This document shows positions 1 through 15,634 of a stretch of DNA of 64,000 bases, in pieces. Under the pieces are notes generated by a model. It did not search any database and was not told the DNA's origin. It worked only from the letters and a program-made list of their open reading frames with translations. Source of the stretch: the human T2T-CHM13v2.0 reference genome, Homo sapiens; assembly GCF_009914755.1 (NCBI RefSeq), contig NC_060925.1. One strand, given 5' to 3'. How positions within the stretch are numbered: the stretch's first letter is position 1; each line of letters starts with the position of its first letter. The position numbers were made by a program, and so were the translations under genes.

Positions 1-644
1 ATAGATGGAAGGAAAAAAACCTATGGTGACTGTGAAGGCCCTGATGCCATGTATGTCAAATTGATATCATCTAGTGGTCACAAAGTTATTGTAAAAAGAG
101 AATATGCAGTAACATCAATAACAATAAAGGCTATGTTGAGTGGCCCAGGTCAGCTTGCTGAAAATGAAATCAGTGAGGTCAGTTTTAGAGAAATCTCTTC
201 ACATGTGCTATCAAAAGTATGCATGTAAGCTGCATGCTGTGGCTCAAGCCTATAATCACAGCAGTCTGGGAGACCTAGGTGGGAGGATTGCTTGAGCCCA
301 GGAGTTCAAGACCAGCCTGGGAAACAGAGTGAGACCCCGTCTCTCCCAAAAAAATTAAAAATAAGCTGGGTGCAGTGGCATACACCTGTAGTCCCAGCTA
401 CTTAGGAGGCTGAGGTGGAAGTATCCCTTGAGCCCAGGAATTCAAGGTTGCAGTGAGCTATGATCACACTACTGCACTCTAGAGTGGGTAACAGAGCAAG
501 ACCTTGTCTTTTAAAAAATATATATGCATATATGTTACATACAAGGGTCACTACACTAACAGCTCCACAGAGATTCTCAAATTCCCAGCTGCACCTCAAC
601 TTGCACCAGAATTGCTGATGACTGTGAACTTCCTAGATTGTTAA
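1..644 (+). pseudogene. ELOCP20: Elongin C (ELOC/TCEB1) processed pseudogene, interrupted by an Alu
   Basis: Frame 1 from base 1 reads [75 protein letters not shown]. After the Alu it reads [35 protein letters not shown] (TAA 642-644), collinear with ELOC and intronless. Start codon is ATA. The pseudogene number is from memory; the parent gene is secure. Confidence 0.93.
228..518 (+). mobile_element. AluJ-like SINE inside the ELOC pseudogene
   Basis: Dimeric Alu with A-rich linker and tail; degraded TSD around TATGCATGTA/TATGCATATA. Confidence 0.9.
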
Positions 645-1509
645 ATAAATTATAATAATTTTTTAAAGTACCAAAAGTTAACCTTTGAACAATGCAACAA
701 TCCGAAAAGCTGGCAACCGACAAATATATAATCTCTACTTTAAAATGATGTTTTTAATTATGAAGCCAAGAATGTAAAATGACGTAACATAAAGTTTCTT
801 TATCCTCATATCTGCTTTCTGAAGTGACAATGACTATAAAGTGAGAAGGGCATCAATCGGTAACAGAACAGGCAAGGGAAATAGAGGGTGAGTAAATTGT
901 TACATTGACCAAGAATCTAATAATCTTGTTCACAAGGGTGAAATCAAAAGTAGGAACTTAAGTTTCCTGGTGAGTTGGATACCATTCCATCTTCATTGGT
1001 GATAATGAATCAGTACTCTGGGCAATCAATGATCTCACCAGGTGGGCAGACTCAGAAGGAGGAGCCTTAGTTCCTTTCTAAGGGAGCCTCCCTGCGAGGA
1101 TCTACACTACACAAGTGATTAAAAAGCAATTCATTGGCTTGTGGCCAACTGCTGACACCATCACTCCAGCAGACTCTGACAGCTGGAGAATTGAGTTAGT
1201 TGTTGTTTATCCCCATCCTTATTGGTGCCTCCCTGGGGTGTCTGTACCCCAACCCCACAGTTTTCTAGCTGGGCCTGATGTTTCTCTTTAGACATTTCTA
1301 GCAGACCATTTTCTCAGTTTCTCCTATGTGGCTTAGCAATTCTCTCTAATGTCCTTTTTGTTTCATAGTTCTTTTCATTAATTTACTCAAAATGCATTGA
1401 ATGGCAGGTGTGTTCAAGGCCCCACGCTAGAGGAGTTATACAGTGGAAATGCAGTTGGTTAACAGACAGATATCATTAAATAGTTCTCAAAAAAGTAGTG
1501 AGTGCTAAT

Positions 1510-1955
1510 CTAGGAGAACAGGTACCTGGACAGCGTTGGCCAACCCAGCTTTCTCCCTTGTCACTTACAGAATGCAATGTCCTGGGATAAGGAGGAACTG
1601 TCCAGAACAACCCAAACTATGCCCTTGTTCCTACTAGAACAGGGTGTTCTGCAGTCCTTGTGTTCTACAATCCTTGTGTGAGCCCAGAAATGCTCAGGGT
1701 ATAAAACCCATGGCAGAGCGATTGCAGAGTCTCTCAGCTGCAGAGTGACATGGAACACAGGCAGACAAGATTCCATCTGCCCTGGAAAGTTGTATTGAGC
1801 CTTGCTGGACCAAATCCTTGGTTTCTTTTTTTTTTTCTTTTTCTTTCTTTTTTTCTTTTTTTTTTTTCTGTTTATCTGTCAGTAACAAATCTGCTTTGAC
1901 TAACTTGTTGATCATGGATTCTGTCTCACTGGACTAGGCCTGCAAACCTTTGCAG
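1510..1955 (+). mobile_element. ERVL-class solo LTR (MER54/MER73/MER74-like)
   Basis: LTR-like with TATAAAA at about 1700; clearly homologous to 61047-61495. Confidence 0.6.
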
Positions 1956-2129
1956 TAATAAATGTCCCAAGTGGTAGAATGAAGGGTCAGAGGAAAGAAC
2001 TATTCCATTATGCTCTTCCTTCAGTGACCACTGTTTTCCAGCTTCCTTCATAAGCTCCTTTTCCTTTCTGCCAGTACTCACTTTCCACCCTCTTTTCTAC
2101 CTACTCACTAGGTAATGCATCTATTCATT

Positions 2130-2695
2130 TGGCTTTAACACCTAATTCCCAACCCTGACCATTCTCCTTAACTCCCACCCATATTTTCAACTATCTGTTA
2201 GATGTTACTACTGAAAGTTTATAGGTCTTCTCTTATGCAGTATGTCTAAAACCAAAGTTATTTTTCTGGAACTTACTGATCCTCCTGTATTCCCAGACTC
2301 CAACAATGGCTACAAGCTAGAAACCTTAAGTAGTTTTGATACATCCTATGCCTGGACTCCTAAACCTAATGCTTTGCCAAGTGTGGGTGTTTTTACCTTG
2401 GTTTTAAACTTTTTTTAAAACCAATACCATGTTTTACCCCTTAAACTCTTCATCTTATCTGCTTACTGAATCACCTGGTTGTTCTTTTTCAGAACCATTA
2501 CACCAACCTGTTAACTGTACTCCCAATCTCCATCTCTTTCTTCTCAAACTATCCTCCACTGATACTAGATTGATCACTTTAATATATAAAGTGATCATGT
2601 CACTTCCCTGTTTCAGAATCTTATTATTGCACAGAGTAAAGCCCAGATTTTTTAGCATGCCAGAGAAGGCTTTCACAATCTGGTCTAATTGGTGA
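2130..2695 (+). mobile_element. L2 LINE fragment
   Basis: Degenerate L2 3'-region motifs (atgtctaaaaccaaa, caagctagaaacc, gatcatgtcacttccctg). Confidence 0.6.
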
Positions 2696-2999
2696 TATAT
2701 AAATACCCCCTCCAACCCCCAACACACATACATACACACATACATGTTAACTCTTCCAAAAATGTCCTAGCTTCTTAGGGAGAAAAACTTAAAGATTTGA
2801 AAATGAAGAAAAGTGATCACTAGCGGTGTCTTCCATGAAACGCTGGCTTTGTCTAGTAGGGCCTTCAGGGATGATCTGATTCTATAGGATTGTATACCTT
2901 TGATTGCCTTTGATTAACTAGGCTGTCTTACAGTTCTGTAGAAGTAGAGATTAAACTGTAGAAAATTGACAGTAATAAAAATATCTCTTCCCAAATGTC

Positions 3000-3205
3000 A
3001 CTCTCTGTGTCTGAGCTAGGACATCTATCTTCTCCTGCCCCTGGGACATAGGCGTGCCTGGTTCTCTGGCCTTCAAACTCAGACCAGGGCTTACACTATT
3101 TGCTTCCATGGTTCTTAGGCTTTTGGGCTCAGAATAAATTACACTGCCAGCTTTCCTGGTCTTCCAGTTTATAGACAACAGTTCGTGGGACTTTTCAGGC
3201 CCATA
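3000..3205 (+). mobile_element. MLT2 (ERVL) LTR fragment
   Basis: ggacatctatcttctcctgccc...ggttctctggccttcaaactc...ttacactgccagctttcctgg. Confidence 0.65.
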
Positions 3206-3534
3206 CTCACCCCTTAAATCTTCGGCTAAAGTCTTCTATTTATCAAACCCAACCAGAAGCCTACGTGTCATTACGTAGCCTGATGTGCCATGAGGGGAAA
3301 AGCCAGCTGGTAAAGACCACCCATGGAGATAAGCAGAGGAAAGCCAACAGAGCCTGGGCCCCTGATGACATCATCTGGCTGCTGCTTCATCGCATCATCC
3401 CAGAACCATGTTCTACAGCCTTCTTGTCAGTGCAACAGATGTCTACATATATAAATATGTAACATATATACAGATGTTTACATATATATGTAATATGTAT
3501 GTTACACACATGTGAGTGTGTGTGCGTATTTCAC

Positions 3535-3670
3535 CACATCACATGGTGAAAGCAGGAGCAAGTGAGAGAGAGTTGTGGGGGGAAGGTGCCACATACTTTT
3601 AAATGACCAGATCTCATAAGAACTCCCTATTGCAAAGACAGCATCAAGCCATGAGGGATCCACCCCTCAT
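3535..3670 (-). mobile_element. MST (MaLR) LTR fragment
   Basis: cacatggtgaaagcaggagcaag...gtgccacatacttttaaatgaccagatctc. Confidence 0.6.
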
Positions 3671-4761
3671 ATATATATATATTTATATATAGGCCACCAG
3701 TGCCATACTCACCTTCCAGGGACCTGGGAATTGATCTGCTCCACCTGATGCAGCTAGCACCAGTGTCCACATACATTATCCATGGGCCTAGGGACTGGCT
3801 CACCCCATTCACCACTGCCAGCACCTGTGGACACTGAAAACAGGGGCCTGAAAGCAAGCCTTTTCTGTCCATTGCTGCCACCACTGGTGCCTGAGGATCA
3901 GCCCACCTAATATTCCCATTCCCAGAAAAGTTTCATCATAACCTTCACTAACGACTGCAGTGTAAGCCACTAAGGAACTCACAAATTTCACTAATGCTAA
4001 TTATCACTAAAGAAATCACATGGAAATTATATAACTGCACATGCCCAGAATCAAAGCCGAAGCACCCTGCCTGACCAACACTATAGATAAATCTATAAGT
4101 AAAAAATCTTCCCTATGAAAGCCAATTTATAAAATTGGAAGAAGTGACTGTTACACCAGATGCACAGATATCAGTGTAAAGACACAAGAAATGTTAAAAA
4201 TTAAGAAAGCATGACACATCCAAAGGAACACAATAATTCTCCAGTAACAGATCTCAAAAGAAAGTTATGAAATGCCTGAAAAACAATACAAAATAATAAT
4301 ATTGAAGAAACTCAGTGAGATACAAGAGAACACAGATAAATAATACAAAGAAATCCAGAAAATAATTCATGATCTGAATGAGAAATTCAAAAAAGACATA
4401 GATATTATTAAAAAGAAACAATCATCAATCCTAAAACAGAAGAAATCAATGAATGAAATAAAAAAATACAATTGAGAGCATAAACAACAGACTAGATCAA
4501 ACAGAAGAAAGAATTTTTGAACTCAAAGACAGTTGTTATGAAGTAATCTAGTCAGAACCCTACCCCCCAAAAAAACAAGAAAGAAAGAAAGAAAGAAAAG
4601 CAGAAGAGGAAATAATTAAAAAGAAAAAAAAGGACTGAAAAGGCTGCATGACATATGGGACACCATAAAATGACCAAATATTCAAATTCTGTGAGTTCCA
4701 GGAGAAGATATAGGCAAAGACATAGAAAACTTATTTAATAAAACAATAGCTGAAAACTTAC

Positions 4762-5723
<962 letters not shown>

Positions 5724-6603
5724 TGTTTCCAAGTCTTGCAAGACATGTAGACACTCATATATAGGAAGCTCAAAGATCACAAAATAGATTCAACCCAGAA
5801 ACGTCTTTTCAAGGCACATTATAGTCAAACTGTCAAAAGTCCAAGAGAAAAAAACAATTCAAAAGTCAGAAAGAGAACAGCATCAAGTCACATATAACAG
5901 AATCTCCAACAGGCTAACATCAGATTTCTCAACAGAAACTTTACAGGCTAGGAAAAAATGCTATGCTATATTAAAAGAGCTAATATAGCCTTTCCCAGAC
6001 AAGTAAAAACTGGGAAATTATCATCACTAGACTGATCCTACAAGAAATGCTTAAGGAGTCCTACATCTAAAAGTGAAAGGATGATATCTACCATCATGAA
6101 AACACATGAAAGTATAAATCTCACCGGTACAGCACATGTACAAATGAGAAACAGAAAGGAGCCAAACATTACCACTACAGTAAACCACCAGACTGCAATA
6201 GTAAGCAATAAGAGACAAAGAAAGGAATAAAGGATATACAAAAAAACCCCAAAACAATTAACAAAATGACAAGAATAAGTCTTCACCTATCAATGACAAT
6301 TTTGAACATGAACAGATTAAATTCCCCACTTAAAATGTGTAGACTGGCTGACTAGATTAAAAACAAAACCAAAACCCAATTATATGCTACTTACAAGAAA
6401 CTCACTTCACCTGTAAAGACACATATAAACTAAAAGTGAAGAAATGGAAAAAGATTTTCACACAAATGGAAATTCAAAATGAGCAGAAGGGGCTATACTC
6501 CCATCAGATAAAATAGACTTTAAGTAAAAAACTGTAAAAAGAGACAAAAAGGTCATTATTTAATGATAAAGGGATCAATTCAGCAAGAGGATATAATAAT
6601 TCT

Positions 6604-6736
6604 AAATATATATATATTTATGTATATTTTTGTACATTTTGTACATGTATATTTTTGTACATTTATGTACATATAAATACATGTATATTTTGTACATATA
6701 AATATATGTATATCTTATACATATATATGTGTATAT
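6604..6736. repeat. TA-rich low-complexity expansion within L1 ORF2
   Basis: (TA)n with repeated TGTACA/TATATG units. Confidence 0.85.
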
Positions 6737-7461
6737 CCAAACTTGGAGCACCCAGATATATAAGGAAGCAAATACTATTAAGTCTATAGGGAGATAGACT
6801 ACCATACAATAGTATTTGGGGACTTCAACACCCCACTCTCGGCATTGTACAGATTACCTAGATAGAAAATTAACAAAAACGTTGGACATAAACTGCACTT
6901 TAGAAAAATGGACCCAACAGACATTTACAGAACATTTTATAAAACAAATGCAGAATGTACATTCTTCTCAGCAGCACATGGAACATTCTTCAGTATAGAC
7001 AATATGTTAGGCCATAAAACCAGTTGCAACAAATTTTTTAAACTCGAAATTATATCAAGTATCTTATTTGGCCACAGTGAAATAAAACCAGAAATAAATA
7101 ACAAGAGGAACTTGGAAAACTGTACAAGTACATGGAAATGAAACAACATGCTCCCAAATGACTGTGGAGTCAATGAAGAAATTAAGAAGTAAATCTAAAA
7201 TATTCTTGAAACAAATGAAAACGAAAATACAACATACCAAAACCTGTGGGATACAGTAAAAGCAGTGCCTAGAGAGATGTTTATAGCAGTAAATGTCCAC
7301 ATCAAAAGAGTAGAACAATTTCAAATAAACAACCTAACAATGCACCTAAAGGATCCAGAAAAGCAAGAACAAATCAAACTCAAAATTAGTTAAAGGAAAG
7401 AAATAATAAAGATCAGAGCAGAACTAAATGAAATAGATATTAAAAAAAAAAATACAAAGGA

Positions 7462-10088
7462 CGGCGCAGCACGGTGCCGCGGCGCAGCTCCTGCTCGTCT
7501 TTCCCCCTTCCTGGGCGAGAGGTGCCTATGGCGCCTGATCGCCGCCGCCGCCGCTGCCGCCGCCGCTACCGCCACAGCCATCGCCGCTGGGCTGGGTGCA
7601 GTCTCTATGGCGAGGAGGAGGAGGTGGAGCGCGAGCTCAGCGACACAAGTACATAAATAAAGGAGAAAACATTTTATGAAACAAATCTTCAATCAAGTAT
7701 AACATTCTGATGCTTGGCATCGAGACCCCCTTGTGCACTCACTACTCCAGCAGCAACTGTAGCTCATAGCCCAAGAATTTGTGAAGTTTGGGCTTGCAAC
7801 TTGGATGAAGAGATGAAGAAAATTCGTCAAGTTATCCGAAAATATCATTACGTTGCTATGGTCACCGAGTTTCCAGGTGTGGTTGCAAGACCTATTAGAG
7901 AATTGAGGAGCAATCCTGACTATCAGTATCAACTATTGCAGTGTAATGTAGACTTCTTAAAGATAATTCAGCTAGGACTGACATTTATGAATGAGCAAGG
8001 TGAATACCCTCCAGGAACTTCAACTTGGCAGCTTAATTTTAAATTTAATTTGATGGAGGACATGCATGCCCAGCACTCTATAGAGCTACTAACAACATCT
8101 GATATCCAGTATAAAAAACATTAGGAGGAAGGAATTGAGACCCAGTACTTTGCTGAACTTATGACTTCGGGAGTGCTCCTCTGTGAAGGGGTCAAATGGT
8201 TGTCATTTCATAGCAGTTATGACTTTGGCTATTTAATTAAAATCCTGACCAACTCTAACTTGCCTGAAGAAGAACTTGACTTCTTTGAGATCCTTTGACT
8301 GTTTTTTCCTGTCATTTATGCTGTGAAGTAGCTCATGAAGAGCTGCAAAGGTGGTGGCAGAATAGGTAGAGCTGGAACGGATAGGACCACAGCATCAGGC
8401 AGGATCTGATTCATCGCTCACAGGAATGGCCTTTTCTAAAATGAGAGAAATGTTCTTTCAAGATCATATGGATGATGCCAAATATTGTGATCATTTGCAT
8501 GGCCTTGGTTCTGGTTCCTCCTGTGTACAGAATGGCACAGGCAATGCATATGAAGAGAAAGCCAGCATGCAGTCATGACATGAAATAGTCCTTTTATTTT
8601 TATTTTATTTCGAGCTACACACATGCTTGTATATAGATTTTATCTCTGGTTGAATCCCTTGAACAACAGACAGTACCTCCCCCCATCTTTCATGGCCCAT
8701 TTTATTGTCTGCCTTTCAGTACTAAGCATGACCATTCCTATCTCAGATCTTAATAAAAAGAAACACAGTCAGGTTAAATTTGGCCTTAATTTAATATAAT
8801 TTAATGGGGAAAGAGACATCATATTGAATATTTTGATAAACTTTACCTACTCGAATTTGGTTTATTTTTCCCTTTTCGTAAATTAACTAGCACTGACTGT
8901 AATTTATTTCCCTGTCTCATATCTCTCCCTTCCATTCTGCAGGCGTTTTAGCTATTTGAGATTGTGAACCATCAGTTTTGCACTTTAGAGAGTGATTCTG
9001 ACTCAAAACCTCTGTTTTATCAGAAATTTTGTTTTTTCTTTATCTTAGCTGGAAAAATGACCATCTGCCAACTTTACACAGTATTTACTTGTTTTTGACC
9101 CACAGAATATAGCACATTCATTGTGCAAACTGTCAATTCAGCAAAACCAAAAAAAAGACAAGAAACTACTGAAGAGCTTAGTAAGTGCTGTTTCTGTACA
9201 TAGCGTTTAATCTTCCAAGCACTTCTAGTGTCTGTCAGTTTCTAATTGGCATGTGTAGGCTGCTCTGTGACTGAAGAATTTTAAAACCAGCTTTACACCG
9301 TTCAGGAAAAATCCTTTGTGATTGGATGTTTAGTATCTGCCAGGAAACTGGTACTCAAGATGTTGAAGCTACTGTTATTTTATGATAGCACACTTCCCTT
9401 GATCTGCTTCTTTTGTTCCATCACTGTTTACCCTTTATTTTATTTCATTTTGTAGCCATACTTATGATACTCTTGATTTGTTGGTTACACAAATCAATTT
9501 TATTAAAATCCAAAGATAACAAGCCTTTAGGTATATTTTGTACCAAATTAAATTAAAGACAAAAATTATGCTTTCATAGTTGCTGCAAAGATAAATAATG
9601 AAGAAATTTGGTACAAAACAACAAAATATAACATATATATACATATTCATTTTTATGTATGTATATATATATATATACAGCTAATAAAATTACCTGAGGA
9701 GTGTAATGCTTTGTTTTGTGTGTGTATATCTTTGCCATCTATTTTATATATATATTGACAAAAGAGACTGAAATATTTAGCCATGCAGAACATGTGACCA
9801 GACCAGAGCATTTGTAGGAAGACTTTTTGGCAATCATTAACTCTACCCTGAAATGATGGACTACAAGTTATAATGTGTGTTACCTACACTTCAATCAGTA
9901 ATATTAGCAAATCTCCAAATGTTAGCCACATTGTTTGTCTCCCTTGTACATTCTTTATTCATGATACTACAGTGCTGTAACTGGGTAATCCTTTTTAAAC
10001 AAAAGATTATTTACAGAACGGGAGGTATTATTTGTTTTTAGAGATTTTGTAAATAAAGGCTTCAAAAATATTTTCTTATAAAAAAAGT
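7462..10088 (+). pseudogene. CNOT7P2: CNOT7 (CAF1 deadenylase) processed pseudogene, full-length mRNA copy
   Basis: CDS remnant 7744-8578 (PAATVAHSPRICEVWACNLDEEMKKIRQVIRKY...). ATG>ACT, catalytic DTE>VTE, stops at 8122, 8296 and 8329, and deletions. Both UTRs present, AATAAA at 10052, A tail, TSD AAAAAATACAAAGGA ending at 7461 and 10104. The pseudogene number is from memory. Confidence 0.97.
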
Positions 10089-10912
10089 AAAAAAATACAA
10101 AGGATTAATTAAATAAAAAATTGGTTTTTTGAAAAGAAAAATTTGATAAACCACTAGCTAGAGTAAGAGGAAAAAAAGAGAGAAGACTCAAATAAATAAA
10201 AGCAGAAAAAAAGGAGACATCACAACTGCTACCACAGAGAACCAAAGGACCATTAGAGACCATTATGAATAACTACACATTAACAAATTGGAAAACTTAG
10301 AGGAAATGGATAAGTTGCTGGATACATACAATCTACCAAGATTGTATGAAGAAATAGAAAGAAATAAAATAGAAAACCTGAACAGACTAATAACATTTAA
10401 TAATATTGAATCAGTAATAAAATTATCCCAACATTAACAAAAAAGCCCAGGAGCAGACGGCTTTGCTGCAGAGTTCTACCAAACTTATAAAGAAGAATTA
10501 ACACCAATTATTCTCAAACTATTCCAAAAATCTGAAGAGTAGGGAATTCTTCCTAAGTCATTCCATGGGGCTACCATTACCCTGATACTGAAACCAGATA
10601 AGGACACAATAAAAAATAAAACTACAGGCCAATATCTTTGATGAACACAGATGCAAAAACCTTCAACAAAATACTAGCAAACTGAATCCAACAACACATC
10701 AAAAAGATAATATACCATGATCAAGTGGGATTTATCACAGAAATGCAAGGATGGTTCAATACACACAAATTTGTTGTGTGATACATCATATCAACAAATG
10801 AAGGACAAAAACCTTATGATCATCTCAATAAACACAGAAAAAGCATTTGATAAAATTTAACATCACTTCCTGATCAAAACTCTCAACAATTCAGGCATAG
10901 AAGGAACCTACC

Positions 10913-11282
10913 TGCTATGGTTTTGTTTTGTGTCTCTACCCAAATCTCATGCCAAATTGTAATTCCCAATGTTAGGAGAAGTACTTGGTGGGAGGTGATT
11001 GGATCATAGGTGTGAATTTCCCCTTTGCTGTTTTCATGATAGTGGGTGAGATCCAGTTGTTTAAAAGTGTATAGCACTTCCTTGTTCACTCTCTCCCTCT
11101 CCTGCTCTGCTGTGGTAAGACGTGCTTGCTTTCCCTTCCAACATGGCTGTAAGTTTCCTGAGGCCACTCAGCCATCCTTCCTGTACAGCCTGCAGAACTG
11201 ACTCAATTAAACCTCTTTTCTTCATAGATTACCCAGTCTCAGGTAGTTCTTTATAGCAGTGTGAGAACAGAACGGACTAACA
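10913..11282 (+). mobile_element. MSTA-like solo LTR
   Basis: TG...CA termini, TSD CTACC/CTACT, inserted in L1 ORF2. Confidence 0.88.
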
Positions 11283-11349
11283 CTACTTCAACATAATAAA
11301 GGCCATATATAACAAACCGATAGCTAATATCATACTGAATGGTGGGGCT

Positions 11350-11484
11350 GGGACTTGGGAGGCTAAGGTGGAAGAATTGCTTGAATCCAGGGGTTTGAGG
11401 CTGCAGTGAGCTATGATCACATCACTGCCCTCTATCCTGGGTGACAGAGCAAATGAGATCTTGTCTCCAAAAAGAAGAAGAAAA
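11350..11484 (+). mobile_element. 5'-truncated Alu (right arm only, AluJ/FRAM-like)
   Basis: acttgggaggctaagg...gtgacagagc...A-rich tail. Confidence 0.8.
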
Positions 11485-12215
11485 AGATACAAAATATCCA
11501 ACAGATATATGAAAATATGCCCAACAACACTAATCATCAGGGAAATGCAAATCAAAACCACAATGAGATATTATTTCACCCCAGTTAGAATGGTTATTAT
11601 TACAAAGACAAAAAGAATAACAAATGCTCATGAGGATGAGGAAAAAATGGAACTCTCATACACTGTTAATAGGAATGTAACTTGGTATAGCCATAATGGA
11701 AAAAATATAGAGGTTTCCTAAAAAACTAAAAATGAACTACCCTATGATCCAGCAATTCCACTACCGGGTATTTATCTAAAGGAAAGGAAGTCAGTGTATC
11801 AAAGGAATACCTGCACACCCATGTTTATTTCAGCACGGTTCACAAGAGCTAAGATAGAGAATCAGTGTAAGTGTCCATCAATAGATAAATGGATAATGTG
11901 ATATATACATAATAAAATACTATTCATCCATGATAAAAGGATGAAATCCTGTCATTTGTGACATGGACAGAACTAAAGATCTTTATATTAAGAGAAATAA
12001 GCCAAGAACAGAAAGACAGACATTGTATGTACTCACTCATATGTGAGAGCTAAAAAAAGTTGATCTCATGGAGATAGAGAGTAGAATGATGGTTTCCAAA
12101 GGCTGGAAAGTGTGGTAGGGAGATGAAGAGAGGTTGTTTAGGGGGTACAAACATACAGTCAGATAGAAGTAATAAATTATTAGTTCTTAGTACCACAAAA
12201 CAATGACTATAGTTA

Positions 12216-12536
<321 letters not shown>

Positions 12537-14308
12537 AGGGAGAAGATTTGAAATGTTCTCAAGACGAATGATAAATGTTTGAGATGATGGATATTCTAAA
12601 TAATTTGATCATTACACATTTATGCATATCTCAAAATATCACATGTACTCCATAAATATGTATAATTTTTATATATCAGTAAAAAAGAATGTTATCAGTA
12701 TAGTTTACACTTTTTAAATTTTAATAAAAGTTCCTTTAAACAAACAAAAGTGTTTTCTTCCATAGCAGTAAAAATGATTCCTGTCTATAACTATGTAAAT
12801 GGATTTTGCCCCACAGAGACTAGAAATCACTGGAGGTCAAATCTTGATTTAAACTGATTTTAATATCTTACCAGTTTCCTCATTATTTAAAGAGTTATAT
12901 AAAGTGTTGATACATGTTTATTTTAAATTTCCATGAGAGTCATGAATTTGCCATTCTGAGACTATCTTAGCACTTTTGGAGATCATCCACTAAGCTGCTC
13001 CAGTGACTCTCCTGAAGGAGTCAGGTGAATTGCACTGCATGAGACAGGCACCCCATGAGCTGCCTAAGTCCAGGCACATCTTTTGTTAGTTCTCAGAGTG
13101 GCTTCCAAGTGGCAATGGAACCTCAACTTCTTTGCTGAGTGAACTTTTAATATCAGCAGAAATTATGTTTTATTGTATGTCAGCTTAAACATAATTTTGA
13201 AGGTCTTAGAAAACCTAAAACATGGAACTAATATTAAAGTGAGCTAATAAAAGGAAAATATTGGATACAAGCATTGAATACTAAGAATAATTTTAATTTA
13301 TTTTCTTTTGCTTCTTATTTTCATATGCAATAGAGCAGCTATATCTTTCAGTCATTTTTGCCACTTTAAGAAAGTATAAAAGGATTGGGTGGCTGTAGAA
13401 AGTTGTGCTTTGTGTATTCAAGATCTTTGATGATCTGCTAAAATGCTTGTATATGACAGAAGTCAATTACCTATACCCAATTTTCTGCAAAACAGAAATT
13501 AATTACTTTGATTAAAAGTAATAATAATATAGGTGGCTAAAACTATATCAGAACAATAGTAACAAGGAAAATAACCTGTATGTTTATTTTTCAAATGAAA
13601 AGAAATAGTCCTAAAGTAACAGTTTCTTCCAGTTAGAGGAAGAAAGAGCATAATGAAGGACAAAGCTCAAGCAGAATGAATTGGATTTGCCTTGGTTTAA
13701 AGCATCTGAGTCTGAAAAGAAATTATGAAAAGAAATTATCTACTAAAATTTTGGCAAACTTTGGTCAGTTCTGATGGACCTGCTTTCTGGGTTTATTGAT
13801 TAATGACTTCATTTACAACGTGAAAGGTTATTAATTATCATCTCTTCAATCTGCCTACAGATAAAAATTTCCATGTCTTAGAATAATTTCCTGTGTTTTG
13901 TTGACTTTATGATTATTAAAAAAAACAGAAGTACTAAGTTTCTGTGGAGCTGTATTATTTTCTTTGGTTTATTTTTTAATATTTTATTATAATTAGGTTA
14001 AGTTGCTAAATGTTGCTCCTCAGTCACCCAAGACCCTGTCTACATCAAGTGATCAATTCTGTTCCTACGACCTTTTGAATTTGCTCTCCCAAGATCAGGT
14101 CCTACATTTAGGACAAATAAAAAGTAATATTTTCAGAATATTATTTATACCTAGAACTATTATTAAGATAACCCCAAGAGCCCATGGAAAATAGCCATAA
14201 TTTTTTATTTTACCTTATAACTAGGAGAGATGTTAGGATAATTAGGTTTGCTTGGCATGCTTCGTATTTCTTAACCAGCTCAGCATTTATTGTAAGAGCT
14301 GCAGAGGA

Positions 14309-14916
<608 letters not shown>

Positions 14917-15130
14917 CTGCAGAGGAGGAATTATTAAATCATAGAAAACATAGAAAACACTTAGCCCTCCCTGAATTAAGTTTGAATGGGTGAAATATTG
15001 TTAATATAAATATTTCAAAAACAATATGCTTTATGTGAAGGCCCTGGAGATTTTTCAGTGTGTTCACTATCCATAATATGTTTTTATCCTCAAGGAAAAA
15101 TATTGATCAAATGTATACAAAATAGTTATA

Positions 15131-15421
15131 GGCCAGGCATGGGACTCACACCTGTAATCCCAGCACTTTGGGAGGCCAAGGCAAGAGGATTGCTTGAGTC
15201 CAGGAATTGAAGAACAGCCTGGGCAATATGGTGAGACACTGTCTCTACAAAAAAATAATAATTAGCCAGGCATGGTGGCTCGTGCTTGTTGCCCTAGCTA
15301 CTCAGGAGACTGAGGTGGGAAGATTGCTTGAGTACAGGAGGTTGAGATCACAGTGAGCTGGGATCATGCCACTCCACTTCAACCTGGGTGACAGAGTGAG
15401 ACCCTGTCTCAAAAAAAAAAA
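15131..15421 (+). mobile_element. AluJ-like SINE
   Basis: Full dimer with A tail. Confidence 0.9.
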
Positions 15422-15634
15422 GTTCTGTATTATACCCCAATGGGGAATTTTACTTTCCTACCTTATGATATAATTGGCCTCATCCTTCTAGTATTTCTCA
15501 TCTACAAATAATTTTTGTTTTACTCTGATTCTTGCCAAACAGCTAAAAAGCTTTTAGAGGCTGTGTTTTCAACTAAGGAAAGTTTCAGAACCCCATGGAA
15601 AGTTTTGCATCAATAATTTTCAACTATTGATATT

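Noticed and set aside
7390-7692. Poly-Ala (minus) and Arg-rich (plus) ORFs
   Set aside because: By-products of the GCC tract in the CNOT7 5' UTR
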